Below are positions 38,570 through 50,645 of a stretch of 64,000 nucleotides of DNA, in pieces. The stretch is from assembly GCA_043228905.1 (NCBI GenBank), contig JBHGNT010000013.1, positions 7,440,001 to 7,504,000 of the forward strand, given 5' to 3'. The notes under the pieces were generated by a model, which did not search any database, was not told where the DNA came from, and was given only the letters and a program-made list of their open reading frames with translations. This DNA is from Azolla caroliniana. Taxonomy: Eukaryota > Plantae > Polypodiophyta. The number at the start of each line of letters is the position of its first letter. The first letter of the stretch is position 1. Position numbers and translations under genes: made by a program.

Positions 38570-39166
38570 TAACACTCGACAATGGTTCGATTCAAACCAA
38601 ACCGAACCGTGAAACCACAACTTAATAGTTTAAATGGTTTGGTTTGCTTCGGTTCAAGTTCAAATTTTTTTAAATGGTTTAGTTTCGATTCAACTCGGTT
38701 CAATTTTAATGGATTGAAACCATGGTTCAAATTATTTAAGAGTTCGATGGTTTTTAAATATTTTAAATTAATTTTATTATTTTTAAACAACCTTTTCATT
38801 TTTAAGCCTAATTCTCACATTCTCTAAAAAATCTTTAAAATTTTGAAATAATAAAAAAGTTTAAAATTTAAATTTTGTCGACCTTGAAACCGAACCATGA
38901 AAGAGCAATTTTAGTGTTTTAATGGCTTGGATTTTTGTCTAACAATTCAGTTTAAACGGTTTCACTTTAATAGTTTTGTGGTTTGATTGGTTTGGTTCGG
39001 TTAAGGTTTCAAAATTAGTAAATGGTTCGGTTTGGACACACACACACTCTCTCTCTCTCTTAGTCATGAGATAAGAAACGAGAATTCATTCAATAAAATA
39101 CATACCATCAGATCGTCTCTCTCTCCATATCATAACAGAACCAAACCGAACCATTGCCGGTTGTTA
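38570..39166. mobile_element. hAT-type MITE
   Basis: Imperfect 20-bp TIRs TAACACTCGACAATGGTTCG / CGAACCATTGCCGGTTGTTA. 8-bp TSD GTCTACGT/GTCTATGT. Many subterminal AACCG/CGGTT motifs. Confidence 0.85.
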
Positions 39167-39239
39167 GTCTATGTGTAGAGGAAAGTTCCCACCACGACAA
39201 ACACACACACACTTAGGAAAGTTCCCACCACGACAAACA

Positions 39240-41433
39240 GAACAGGCTGGCTTTAGACGAGCCTTCTCCACTATTGATCATATCTTCACACTTAGATGCT
39301 TAATTGACCAGACTAAGGCTTGCAAGAAGAAACTATATTGTTGTTTTGTGGACTTCCACAAAGCCTTTGACACGGTCCCTAGAGAGTGGTTGTTTGATAG
39401 GCTTAAGAGCTTGAGGATACCAGATGACATGGTTTGGGCCATCTACGCACTATATGAACAAGTGTCCGGGTGTGTTTGATGCCCAGGTGGCATATCCGAT
39501 AGTTTCACTAGCACTATTGGTGTAAAACAAGGTTGCCCCTTATCTCCGACTCTTTTTGGGATCTACATTGATGAGATCACAGATTTTATTGCTCGTAAGG
39601 GAGGCAATGGAGTAGTCCTTGGGGATACGTAGGTGCGTATCTTGCTATATGCAGACGACATAGTTTTGTTCTCTGAATCCGAGCACGACCTACAAAGGCA
39701 CCTTAATGCCTTAGATGACTTTTGCACACAACGAGGATTGGTAGTGAATCTAGGGAAAACTAAAGTCCTTATGTTCCACACGTCGGCCCAAGTTAGAGCT
39801 AAGTGTCACCTAACTATCTCCCATAGCCCAGTTGAGGTGGTTGGATCATATGTCTATCTCAGAGTCACTTTCAATGCCCGCTCATGTGAATTTTCGATGA
39901 CACAAGCAGCGAAGGATAGACTTACAAGAGGACATGCATCCCTCTCACTCCTCGAGAGACAATGCCACCAAGCATACTTCCAAGAGCCACGAACTAAAGG
40001 GTGGCTCTTTGACTCATTAGTGACTCCCTCTCTCATGTATGCATTAGCGGTTTGGGCTCCAGGACTACCATCTTTCATGTGGATGCAATTAGAGAGACCA
40101 TTGGTGATGATGTTATCACGCCAACTCCGAAGCAAATCGTCGGTCCCACATGACATTATTAGGGTTGAGTTCACTCTACCCCCTATGTTAGAAGCACTTT
40201 TTCAAGTTGTAGTCTTTATCCACAGGATACATAACCAACCACTTGATAGAATATCCCATCAAGCCTTTAACGCTTCTCGAGCACTGTATGAGTCTGGCTA
40301 TACTAGCTCATGGTATGGCATGATGGTGAGTTGGCTTCTTGCCAACGGTCTAGACATTAATAACCCCCCCCCCCCCCCCCCTTAAGTACGACCAAACGAC
40401 TGATAACACTTTAATCTCTCATGAGGACCGTAATAAAGTAATACGTCAAGAAATATGGCAAATTTATACTCGGTATAAATGGATCACCCCACTTGAGCCA
40501 CTCCCATCTAAAATGTCATACTATAAGGAACACTTTATGCACTTCTCTAAGTTAGGTTTTATCACGTGACCAAGATATCTAGATGTATTCTTACCACATG
40601 CACTAAGGGTTGCCATTGGTCAACTTAGAATATCATCTCACCAACTTGAGATTGAGAATGGACGTACTAATGGAGTCCCTAGGGAGGAAAGGATATGTAG
40701 GTTATGCCACATAGAGATAGAGGATGAGTATCATTTTACATGCAAATGCCCCACCTATGCCGAGATAAGGGCAAAATACCAAGACATACTTGGTTCCTCT
40801 CTCACCCTCCCTAAACTATTAGATACACTAGATATAAAGAAATTAGGTAAATACATCTTAGAATTGAAACAACACAGAGAGAATAAGTTACAAAACGTTG
40901 ATAATAATGTTGCTAATGTTTACCAACATGTAACAAATGAAGTTTTTCAAGAACAGGGGGAGACAATGAATGTCGACACACCTACACCACTCGGGCTTTT
41001 CCTTGATGAAGCAGAAAATCAAAGAAGAACCAAACACCCTTGGATGCCGGGTTTCAAAGCAACTCGACGAGATGTAGAAGCAATAAAGAAAATAAAGGAA
41101 CGTGAACTACACCGCCTAGAAGCCATGGCTAGGGCACTCTATGCATCGGGACCATGGGTCACACCCACACCAAAAACTTTTGACCTCCCACTTCTTTTTG
41201 AGACACTTGGGTGGAAATGAGATTAGGCTTAGTGCAAAGTTTTGTACACTACTAGTACTTTCTTAGCTTAAGCTATTTTCTTTTATTTTAGTTTTGATGA
41301 TTGGATAAACACTCATTTTTGTTGTAACCCAATTGTCTCATGGGCCAAATTTGGCCTTAGAAGACGTTAATATATCTTTCTTTCTTTCTTTTTGGCCTTA
41401 GAAGACGTTAATATATCTTTCTTTCTTTCTTTC
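39240..41433 (+). mobile_element. 5'-truncated non-LTR retrotransposon (RTE/RTEX-like LINE)
   Basis: RT motifs QAGFR..STIDHIFTL, FVDFHKAFDTVPR, GVKQGCPLSP and LLYADD. C-terminal CCHC finger RICRLC..EDEYH..C at ~40690-40750. (TTTC)n tail. Confidence 0.9.
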
Positions 41434-41920
41434 TCTCAGTCATCGGATTAGAAAAGAGAATTTATTCAATAAAGTACATCCCATCAGATAGTCTCTATCT
41501 ACATATCATAACCACCCTACTACGGATTCAGAATAGTTCTCTCAGATCTAACACTTGTCGCTTCCAATGTAATGCGGTTCTCTCTATACACAAAAAGCAA
41601 ACAGGCCAGGTTTTACACCAGAATATGATAATATTCTTGCTAAGGGTTTCCATTAACGCAGTTCTCTGAAAATGAAGAACGTGTTGTTTAACACAATTTT
41701 CTGACGATGAAGATCGTGCTGTTTAACAGTGTTTTCCGAAGATCAAGATCGTATTGTTTAACACGGATCATCGCAACTTGATATGTATATAGAGGCTGAC
41801 TCTGCAGAAGCAGCACTTTTTCATTACATATAATGACTTCGCTTAAATATTAACGAGAAAGGATAATAACCTAGAACATTTTAAGCTTGTGGAGGCCGTC
41901 TCTAATGGCCGATTTTGCTC

Positions 41921-43453
41921 TTATGTCAGTTCAGCTATGATTAGCGAGAGAGGAGGTTCTTCTTCTGAGGGAGGAGGGAGGTTTAGATCAAAAGAACTTA
42001 CGGCTATAGAGCTATTAACCTGCAGCAGATTATGACGATGATGACCGATGTCTTCTGAGCATGATGTTAACTTTGATAGACCTGAAGGATTCATCGTGAC
42101 AGAAGACGAAGGAGATGAGTCAGAATCTGAGACCAGTAATTCTTGCTTCTTGCATGAGGCGACAGCTGCAGAAATATCTTCCCCTTCCTCTTCTTCTTCT
42201 CTTAGATGCTTGCTGCAAGAATCCACAATAATACACATATTTGAGCTTGGTGCATTTGCAGCGTCTAAACAAAGATTTCCTGAACCTCTAATCTGAGAAA
42301 ACCCTATTTCTTTAGCTGTTTTCACGAGAACAGGTTCAGCTGCTGCAATATTAAGACTTAATGCCATATCCACAGCTGCAGGATTTGGACTCGATTCACC
42401 ATAGCTACAATTACGGTCTAGTCCACCAGGTGGAACCAAGCTCTGAATTGCCTGAGCATAAGGACAGTGGAAAAATGTAGCCTTCTGATCAAAATTACTT
42501 TCCTTCGACCTTCCATAGAAATAACCTGTTAATCCATCAACCTTTTGATCAGAATCAGTTGCATTTGATCTTCCAGAGTGATGGCTAATTACTCCATTAA
42601 CCATTTGACGAGAACTACTTATACTGGATCTTCCATAGCCACGGATGATTAATGCTGCAACATTTTCATCATAACTAATTCTGGAGCTCCTATAGCAATG
42701 GGCAGTAAATGCATTAACCTTTTGCAAAGGATTCCTTATGAAGCTCCCATAGCCATGGCTAGGTAATCCATTGAACTTTTGACCAGAATTACTCGTAGTA
42801 CCAGAGCTTTCACAACCAAGGGTAAACAATGCCGCAGGAGTTTCGTTCACAAGAGATGTATCTTGTCCATCATAACCAGTATGGTACATTTTAGTACTAC
42901 GAGGGCCATGAGTAATTAGGGTTTCTGGTTTACTTATCTGTTTCTGATGTTTGAAGTTCAGATGAATTGAAGGAGGATGAAGAACAAGATTATCTGCAGG
43001 CTGAGCAGAAGAAGAAGAAGAAGTGTGTTTCCCATTAATAATGTTGAAATTTGTCTTGGCTTTTGATCCACGGAGGGACCGAGCAGCTGTGTCATACGCC
43101 ATGGCTGCCTCCTGAGCTGTGTCGAAGGTCCCTAACCAAACCCTAGTTTTCTTCCAAGGGTCTCGAATCTCGGCTGCAAATCTTCCCCATGGCCTCTTGC
43201 GGACACCACGATAATTAGCTTCTTTCTGCACATGATCTGTGGTAACCGTGGTCACTGCTGGATCAATTGCACTATCACTATGGCCATATACGTTGTTATT
43301 CTTTGTCTGCAGCTGCTTTGAGATGGTAGAAGGCAAGGCATGAAGATGATGATCGACAGTTGAGATCTGAGAATTGATATCGAGATGAAGCTGTTGGTTA
43401 GCTGTATTCTTGGCTATAGCGTGAACGTCTGATCTGCGGGAATCCAGGGCCAT
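41921..43453 (-). CDS. Intronless AP2/ERF transcription factor, class II / group VIII EAR-motif repressor, 510 aa
   Basis: AP2 domain [57 protein letters not shown] (~43048-43216). SDSDSS motif and C-terminal EAR FDLNLPP. Uninterrupted ORF, first ATG at 43453. Confidence 0.93.
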   Translation of the reverse strand: MALDSRRSDVHAIAKNTANQQLHLDINSQISTVDHHLHALPSTISKQLQTKNNNVYGHSDSAIDPAVTTVTTDHVQKEANYRGVRKRPWGRFAAEIRDPWKKTRVWLGTFDTAQEAAMAYDTAARSLRGSKAKTNFNIINGKHTSSSSSAQPADNLVLHPPSIHLNFKHQKQISKPETLITHGPRSTKMYHTGYDGQDTSLVNETPAALFTLGCESSGTTSNSGQKFNGLPSHGYGSFIRNPLQKVNAFTAHCYRSSRISYDENVAALIIRGYGRSSISSSRQMVNGVISHHSGRSNATDSDQKVDGLTGYFYGRSKESNFDQKATFFHCPYAQAIQSLVPPGGLDRNCSYGESSPNPAAVDMALSLNIAAAEPVLVKTAKEIGFSQIRGSGNLCLDAANAPSSNMCIIVDSCSKHLREEEEEGEDISAAVASCKKQELLVSDSDSSPSSSVTMNPSGLSKLTSCSEDIGHHRHNLLQVNSSIAVSSFDLNLPPPSEEEPPLSLIIAELT

Positions 43454-43655
43454 TACTCGAGAGAAGAAAGAATAGATGGAGATGGAGATGGAGATGGAGA
43501 TGGACAGTGACACTCACTCACTCACTGGGTGGTTTGTATAGTCTCGATTCCTGTCTTTGGAACAGAAAGAAAGAAGATAGGAAGGAAATGGATATGGAAA
43601 TATCTACATATGCTTACTACGGTGTCTGTAATCTCCGAGACAACTGGAGGTTCCA

Positions 43656-43696
43656 GAAGAAGGAGAAGAAGAAGAAGAAGAAGAAGAAGAAGAAGA
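43656..43696. repeat. (GAA)n microsatellite in the putative ERF 5' UTR/promoter, within a region rich in (CT)n, (TA)n and (GAT)n tracts
   Basis: Directly visible. A G-box (GACACGTG) lies at 43838-43845. Confidence 0.8.
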
Positions 43697-45972
43697 CGTG
43701 AGAAGCGTAAGGGGCGGATGTGCCGCTTACTTCCTACAATTTCTCTGAGGATGTATGTATGTACATATGTACTTACTAGTAACAAATTACAATAAGAATA
43801 TTCCGTGAGATCTTCAAATATTAATATTAATGGATATGACACGTGAGATGGGTTCTAGAAGAAAATGTTGGGCTCTCTCTCTCTCTCTCTCTGGCTCTCG
43901 TTCTCGTGTGTGTGTCCATTTCGTTGGTTTCCTCTTAAAAGACTCCCTCTCATTCTTTGTCTCATCGACGGACCAAAGTTCAAACCAAGCGAGTTGGCAT
44001 TTCACAACTATAGTCTATCATGAATCATGATCATGTGGTTTATAAGTATGGTAGTTGTTATGCCCATTGTTCAACAGTGGGGTCGGTCCCACAAGCGTCG
44101 ACAACCATCATCATTATCATTATGGACTCTGTGTGTGAGAGCGTGATGTCATATTTTATTGTACATACATACATACATACGTCGTTGTTGATATTGATAT
44201 TAATATTGATGGTGATGATGATGGTGGGTCATTGCTCAATGCTCAATGCTCAATGCTCAATGATGATGATGATAGTGACGTCAATGTGTCGGACAATTTA
44301 GGCACCGTGTGTTTTGGCCGTCATTCATACGGTGTGGTGCATTGTTCTAGCTTTCTGGATGCGCATACGACACCATTATATATATATATCTATATGTATA
44401 TAAAATACGCGCCACGCTAGGCCAGACATGAATGACGAAAATCAAAGGCGCAACGAAATCTTTCCCCGTCTCTCTCTCTCTCTCTCCGTACAGATTCGAC
44501 AAAATCATTATTTTGGACATTACAATTTATTTTTAGAAATACTAGAAGAACATGCACGTGACTATGCTGGCTCACTAAAACAAGAAGAAGAAGAAGTGGG
44601 TGGGTGCTTTGGGGGATACGATAAACCTTTGGTTGAAAATCTATTATAATTAAGTTCCAAATAGTACCTACCTACTCAGAACATAGAACCTCCTAATGTG
44701 AGACAGGTGACCGGACTCTAGCTACATATCTTCTCGTACTTAGCATACATCTAAACAAATTCACACAATATTAAACTTCTCATAATTGCCTCACCACATG
44801 AGGTTTGTCACAACTTTGATGTGTTGTACATGTGATATATGTTTTTCTGAGGCTTTATGGAGACGTGAGTAAGCCCATCAGATGAATATATATGCAATCA
44901 TGTGCCACGAAAAAAAGTTTATGCAAGATGGTTTAGATGTGTTGAGAGATCAAGCTCAACTTAGTTTAATTATTTAGTCAACCATGTAACTTCGTAGTTA
45001 CCTAGATAAAATCTAGTTAGGAGTGTTGCCTATAAAGCCTTAAATAGGATTTTGTACTTTTACATAAGCGGGGATACATTCAAGATCCTCCACTACCAAG
45101 CATATTGAATATAGTACTTACATCCTTGTACCTATATTCTACTCACACATGTGCATCGTTGCACATGAGTTGTATATATACCTCATTGTGGGTATTTTTT
45201 GTATTTGATGATGATAATGCTAATTTAATATAGAGTTAATCATCCCCCATCTTGTGTTGTTCATAAGTGTAACTTCCTCTCACACACATACACACACATA
45301 TCACTTTATCTTCCGCTTAGCTTAATCACATAATTAGGCACTAATTAACCCTTGCTTAATTACCTAATTCTTGACATTGTATCAAAGCGTGTGGTTTAGA
45401 AATTCCACTAAGCCCACCTGACTCCGTGGTTGTGTGTTCGAAACACCGATGACAAATTCCGGCTATCCACTACTGTAGTGCCGCTATGTAGCATGAGTAT
45501 GTGATCGAAGGAAGAAAAGCAAAACTAAAGACACTACAATCAACATGAACACACAAATGGTTAGCTGGCTCCCTAGTGGAAAGCTAGACCGGAGCAATTA
45601 TTCATCTTGGGAGTACAAGATGACCCAATACCTCGTTGGCCAAGGGTACTTGAGCTACATCAATGGCGCAAAAGAAAATCAACTTGACTCAAAGAATGCC
45701 GACTACGCAACATGGGAGCAAGTGGCGAGTCGGGTCATGTATTGCTTGGCAACATGTGCCGAGGATCACATGCTTAGCCACATTCGAGATCCCAAGACGC
45801 TTGAAGAGGCGTGGGGGAACTTGAAGAAGATGTTCGCCGCCAACACGACTGCTCGAAAGCTTCAATGTTATTGGTCGAAGAGAACCACATCTGAACCAAG
45901 ATGAAGACGTCAGAAGGACAAATGTTCTTCTCAAGTTCGGACGGTGGCCGAGGACGAGGTCACGACGGTAGA

Positions 45973-46355
45973 TGTTATAGGCATGACCATATAATATCCC
46001 GTGGTGAGAATTTACCGTAGTATTCTATACACATGGATAAGTGTGAGGGTTAAACGAGAGTGTCAAGAAGGGGAGGATTACTTTTAATCCTCGGGATTGA
46101 GACAACCCATTAGGCCAAGTGTGAACTTATGGTGGGTTGAATTCCCCATATCTGAACCAAACGATCATTCACAAAATTGTGTGAGCTTCCCGAATCAAAA
46201 AAAAATTGTACGGGAGATCCATTGATATACCCGTTTGCACGTAGTAAATCATTGGGTCCCAATACATAGTGAGGGAAAAAACATTGACAATTACTTTTAA
46301 TCCTCAAGGACGGTAAATTCTCACCATGGGATATTATATGGTCATGCCCATAACA
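45973..46355. mobile_element. 383-bp TIR element with TG..CA ends, 46-bp TIRs and a 5-bp TSD, carrying an aspartic protease fragment
   Basis: TIR TGTTAT(A/G)GGCATGACCATATAATATCCC(G/A)TGGTGAGAATTTACCGT. TSD GTAGA at 45968-45972 and 46356-46360. Minus-strand peptide NGYINGSPVQFFFDSGSSHNFV. Confidence 0.88.
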
Positions 46356-46866
46356 GTAGAGGAGGTCAATTTGGCCCATCACACGAAGGGAACTCGAACC
46401 TTCACGGATGCCATCGAGGAACCTTCGGAAGAAGGGGGAGCTTCCATGCTGAACAAGGTCGTCAAATGAGGCCCGCAACTTGCAATTATTGCGGAAAAAT
46501 CGGCCACCGCGAGGAGTGCCGAAAAAGAAGAAACAAGTCGTCTTCGACAAGTCGACAACTCACGAATTACGCCACCAACTCCGAATACGACGACTACAAC
46601 AGACTATTCCTAATGAGGCATAGAAAGAACTCTATGTCGGCCTCCAATTCTGCAAGCACCTCCAATTTGGAAGATGTGTGGTTCGTCGATTCCAGCGCCT
46701 CACATCATATGACGTCACACCAAGAGTGGTTTCGTGACTTACGAATGCCAAACTGATCCGACTTCATAGGGATGGGAGACGACACCAGACATCCCATTCG
46801 GCACATCGACAATGTCCCATTGAGGAAAGAAGGCGAGCAAACTTGCATCAAGAATGTCTTGCACGT

Positions 46867-48950
46867 TGTCATGGAGAAAGTCGTCCCTAGGAGGAATCGA
46901 TGGATAGTGTGCGTGAATTGGCCCTTACACACGACACATGTTTTGATGTATTCACATAGTATAGGTCCGCTAGGACAGAGAGTAAAAGGGATGTAACACT
47001 AATGGCTCTCTCTCCTTGTGCTATAAAAGGGGAGGAGAGGGGTTGAGGGGGGGATTGGACATTTTGAGAGGATGAAGTGTTGTCGAACTAGGAACCGAGC
47101 TCTCTCCTCCACCATCGTTGTTGCTTCTGTAGGGATTTTGGGTTAAGTTTGCTGCCTCTGTTGCGTGAAAGCCCGTGTGCTTCCGGTATAGGCACCACTG
47201 CGTATTTTAGTGTGTGTGTTCGTCTGTGTTGATTCTGTCACCAGCTTGCCGGTTGTAACATTGCAAGCTCCGTAATCTATACTGTTATTGGAATTGATTC
47301 TCTCGTTTCTGTCTCTCTGTGTTTTTTGCGAATCTCTCTCCCTCTCATCTCTCACGCTCCTTGGTTCAGGGCCCCTACGGTCCTGCCTTTTTTCATACGC
47401 GAAAGTGTAACAACACGACATTAATTTGGTGAACCCGACGTGAAACAAGGTGGCAGAGGAATCGAAAATGAGGGGATTAGAGCTTGCCGAAGCCATGGCA
47501 GCAACAGTCGATCAGATAGTAAGTGCTCGTGAGGGCACGTGCACCCTCAATAGGGCCATTGAAGCAATTGTCGGTACAATAGGCCGATTGGATGGGAAGG
47601 ACGCCACGAGTTATTTGGTGGCCTACCAGGCCGAAATGGTGATGAGGGACATCCCAGAGGAGAGGCGTCTAGATGGGTTTCCTTGGATAGCGACACCGGG
47701 CATCCACGCAGAGGTGCTTGAGGTGCAGGCTGGATGCCGGACCTGGGGGGAATTCGAAGCGCGGCTCCTCGAGCGGTACGGGCTTGATGACACGCTCCAG
47801 TTATTGAAGCAGGACTTTATGGATTGGGTGGAGACCCTAGGGAAGGGGAAGAATGTGTCGGCGCTCCTCCGGGAGTTTGAGGAACGCTTCGTACGTCTTT
47901 CGGCACTAGACAGGACCGTACTGGACACGAGTCGTGTCCTTCTATTCGTGAAAGCTGTGGACGTGCGAGATCGGGAGCAAATGGGTCTCTTGCTGGAGAC
48001 GGACGATGGGCTAACAGCCAACTGGGCCGTGGTAAAAGGGGTCTCCAGCCGTTTCGACAAACAGTGCGAGTGGATCGACAAGGGCTCGTCATGGGTAGGA
48101 GCGGTTGAGGTGAGAAACCTCGAGGGACCCCTGTCGGCGTGCAAGGAGGAAACTCGGGATTGGCTTGAGACAGGCTCGTCCGGCGTGGTCAAGGGCCCGT
48201 CTGGCGGAGCGCATCTGGAAAAATTGATGCAGATGGTACGAGACCTCCAGATCGCACAAGCGAGGAGGGATGTCGGCGAGCAGCCTCGCGACCGAAGGCC
48301 TCCGGGTGGGCATCGATGCTTGTGGTGTGATGCGGTTGGTCACGTCCGGAAGGAGTACTTGAACTTCGCAGAAGCAATAAGAGCTAATGTGGTGTACCTA
48401 TGGAATGGGAGGGTGCACGCTAGCGAGACCCGGAGAGCCCTGGAGCTAAATATCGGACGGGGAGGAATGAAGATGTTGATGGAAGAAGCGGCGGCGCGCC
48501 ATGTGGAGACCATCCACTACTCGGCGTCGGCAAGGATTCGGGTCAGGAGTGACGAAGGCCGGAAGACGAAAGACTCTGGGTTCTGGCTGGTGGTACTAGA
48601 AGGCCTCGCCAACGTGCAGTTGAGAAGGGATGAAGCGGAGCGTGCGGAGAGACGGGTCCGGGAGGTCACCGAGTGGAGCGATCCGGTCGAAGAAAAGACC
48701 GGCTTTGTGGAAGCCGCGTGCTAGAACTATGAGGTTCTGGTAGAAGACAAGCGTGCGGGAAGAACAGGAGGGGCCGGACCCTCGCAGCGGTACGAGACCC
48801 GATTCGGACTGAAGTAGAATGAACCCGGTGCTGCCACACACCGGATAAAGCAAAGAAAACCGGTTATCGGTTGAGCACTGAGATAGAAAGAACGACGGAC
48901 CTGCGCAAGGTCCTTGAGGAACGAATCTTCGACATCAAGGTGGAGTTGTT
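46867..48950 (+). mobile_element. 3'-truncated tRNA-Trp gypsy element: LTR 46867-47420, gag ORF 47450-48724
   Basis: PBS TGGTGAACCCGACGTGA at 47427-47443. 424-aa gag homologous to 4378-8049, with a degenerate zinc knuckle CLWCDAVGH. Confidence 0.88.
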
Positions 48951-50530
48951 GCTGAGGATGGAGGCAAGGAGTACTTCTTCGACGAATTCACCTCCTACCT
49001 CCAAAGTGAAGGCATCCGGAGAGAATTCTCATGCCGACACACCCCAACAAAATGGAGTCGCCGAAAGGAAGAATCGGCAAATACTCGAGGTGCCACGCAC
49101 CATGATGCATGAGAAGCACATGCCGAACTTCTATTGGGCCAAAGCGCCATCCACGGCTGTCTATCTCATGAATTGATGCACCATTAATGGAGTGCTTGAG
49201 CTAACTCCATACGAGCTCCTGGTCGGAAGGAAGCCGATCCTGTCACACCTCAAGGTGTTCGAGAGCATTGCGAATGTACGCATCCCGAACGAACAACGTC
49301 CAATGCAAAGTCGGGGAAATGTATCCTCGTAGGATACTCATCCTAGAATAAGGCATACAATTGCTTTAACCCCTCGAACCGAGTGATTCGAGTAAGTTGA
49401 GACATCATTTCCGACGAGTCCGCATCCTGATATGCACTAGAGACAACTTCGACTCCGACTCCGCTTGACCCAGAATCCGTCAAAATAGAGATAGAAGCCG
49501 AAGATCGGCTCACACATATGTTCAAAGAAAGCCCCGATTATGACAAGGCTTAGTGGACCACAAGAGACCCCGAGTGACCGAAGCATGTCGCGGCCAAATA
49601 TGACCCTAGACAAAGGCAAAGGTAAGATTCCCAAATACGAAGTCGACCACCCCGATGACAGTGATTTGGATTTGTCGGCTCCCTCACTAGACAGTGAGTT
49701 TGGTGTACCCATCATGCGGACACTTGGAGTAAAGAAGGCACTCACATCGGCGAGTGAAAAACTTCGACGCTCTTCTAAAGAGAAGAATCTCGTCGCTCGG
49801 CTAAGCTACAACGAGTACATGGCCTATCATTATGCCTTTGCGATGAAGGTCACGGCCTAAGAAGAGCCTGAGAGATTTACAAAAGTGGCTCGTAACCCAC
49901 TATGGGTGGAAGTAGTCGGCCTTCACCCACGCACTACAAGCCTTCGTCACTGGCTTGAGGGGGAGGAATTGAGATTGCCTCGGAAAGGCCGAAGAAAGCT
50001 GAAGGCCGGACGGGAGCACACGAAGCCGACGAAAGCCAAAGTGGATGGCAAACGCCTCACACTTGAGCTTGAGGGGGTGTGTTGAGAGATCAAGTTCAAC
50101 TTAGTTTAGTTATTTAGTTAGTTACCATGTAACTTCGTAGTTACCTACATAGAATCTAGTTAGGAGTGTTGACTATAAACCCTTAAATAGGATTTTGTAC
50201 TTGTACGTAAGTGGGGATACATTCTAGATCCTCCACTACCAAGTATATTGAATATAGGAATTACATCCTTGTACCTATATTCTACTGACACATGTGCACC
50301 GTTGTAGATGAGTTGTATATATACCTCATTGTGGGTATTTTTGTATTTGACGATGATAATGCTAATGTAATATAGAGTTAATCATCCCCCATCTTGTGTT
50401 GTTCATAAGTGTAACTTCCTCTCTATCTTCCTCTCACACACATACACACACATATCATTTAATCTTTCGCTTAGCTTAATCACATAATTAGGTACTAATT
50501 AAGCCTTTCTTAATTACCTAATTCTTGACA

Positions 50531-50645
50531 AGATGAATATATACGCAATCATGTGCAACATAAAAGAGGTTATGCAAGATGGTTTAGATCAATATATACG
50601 AAATCGTGTGCAATGAAAAAAAGGTTATGTGAGATGGTTTGATGG
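50531..50645. repeat. ~56-58-bp minisatellite; the third unit is at 44880-44939, split off by the copia insertion
   Basis: AGAT.AATATATA.G.AATC.TGTGC...AAAA..G.TTATG..AGATGGTTT repeated. Confidence 0.8.

Larger units (their letters stand above)
44940..50530 (+). mobile_element. Ty1/copia family B, copy 1, lacking RT and RNase H. LTRs 44940-45376 and 50080-50530
   Basis: 5-bp TSD AGATG at 44935-44939 and 50531-50535. Degenerate PBS. Gag KLDRSNYSSWEYKM, protease WFVDSSASHH, integrase remnant, PPT TTGAGGGGG. Confidence 0.9.

Noticed and set aside
40864-41220. Separate 118-aa gene after the LINE zinc finger
   Set aside because: It is the continuation of the broken LINE ORF2 C-terminus, upstream of the LINE tail.
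43454-43513. N-terminal extension [12 protein letters not shown] of the ERF ORF
   Set aside because: Starts at GTG and translates a (ATCTCC)n microsatellite. The ATG at 43453 is the plausible start.
43507-44420. Short ORFs with poly-R, poly-K, poly-L or poly-M runs
   Set aside because: These are translations of microsatellites in the ERF upstream region.
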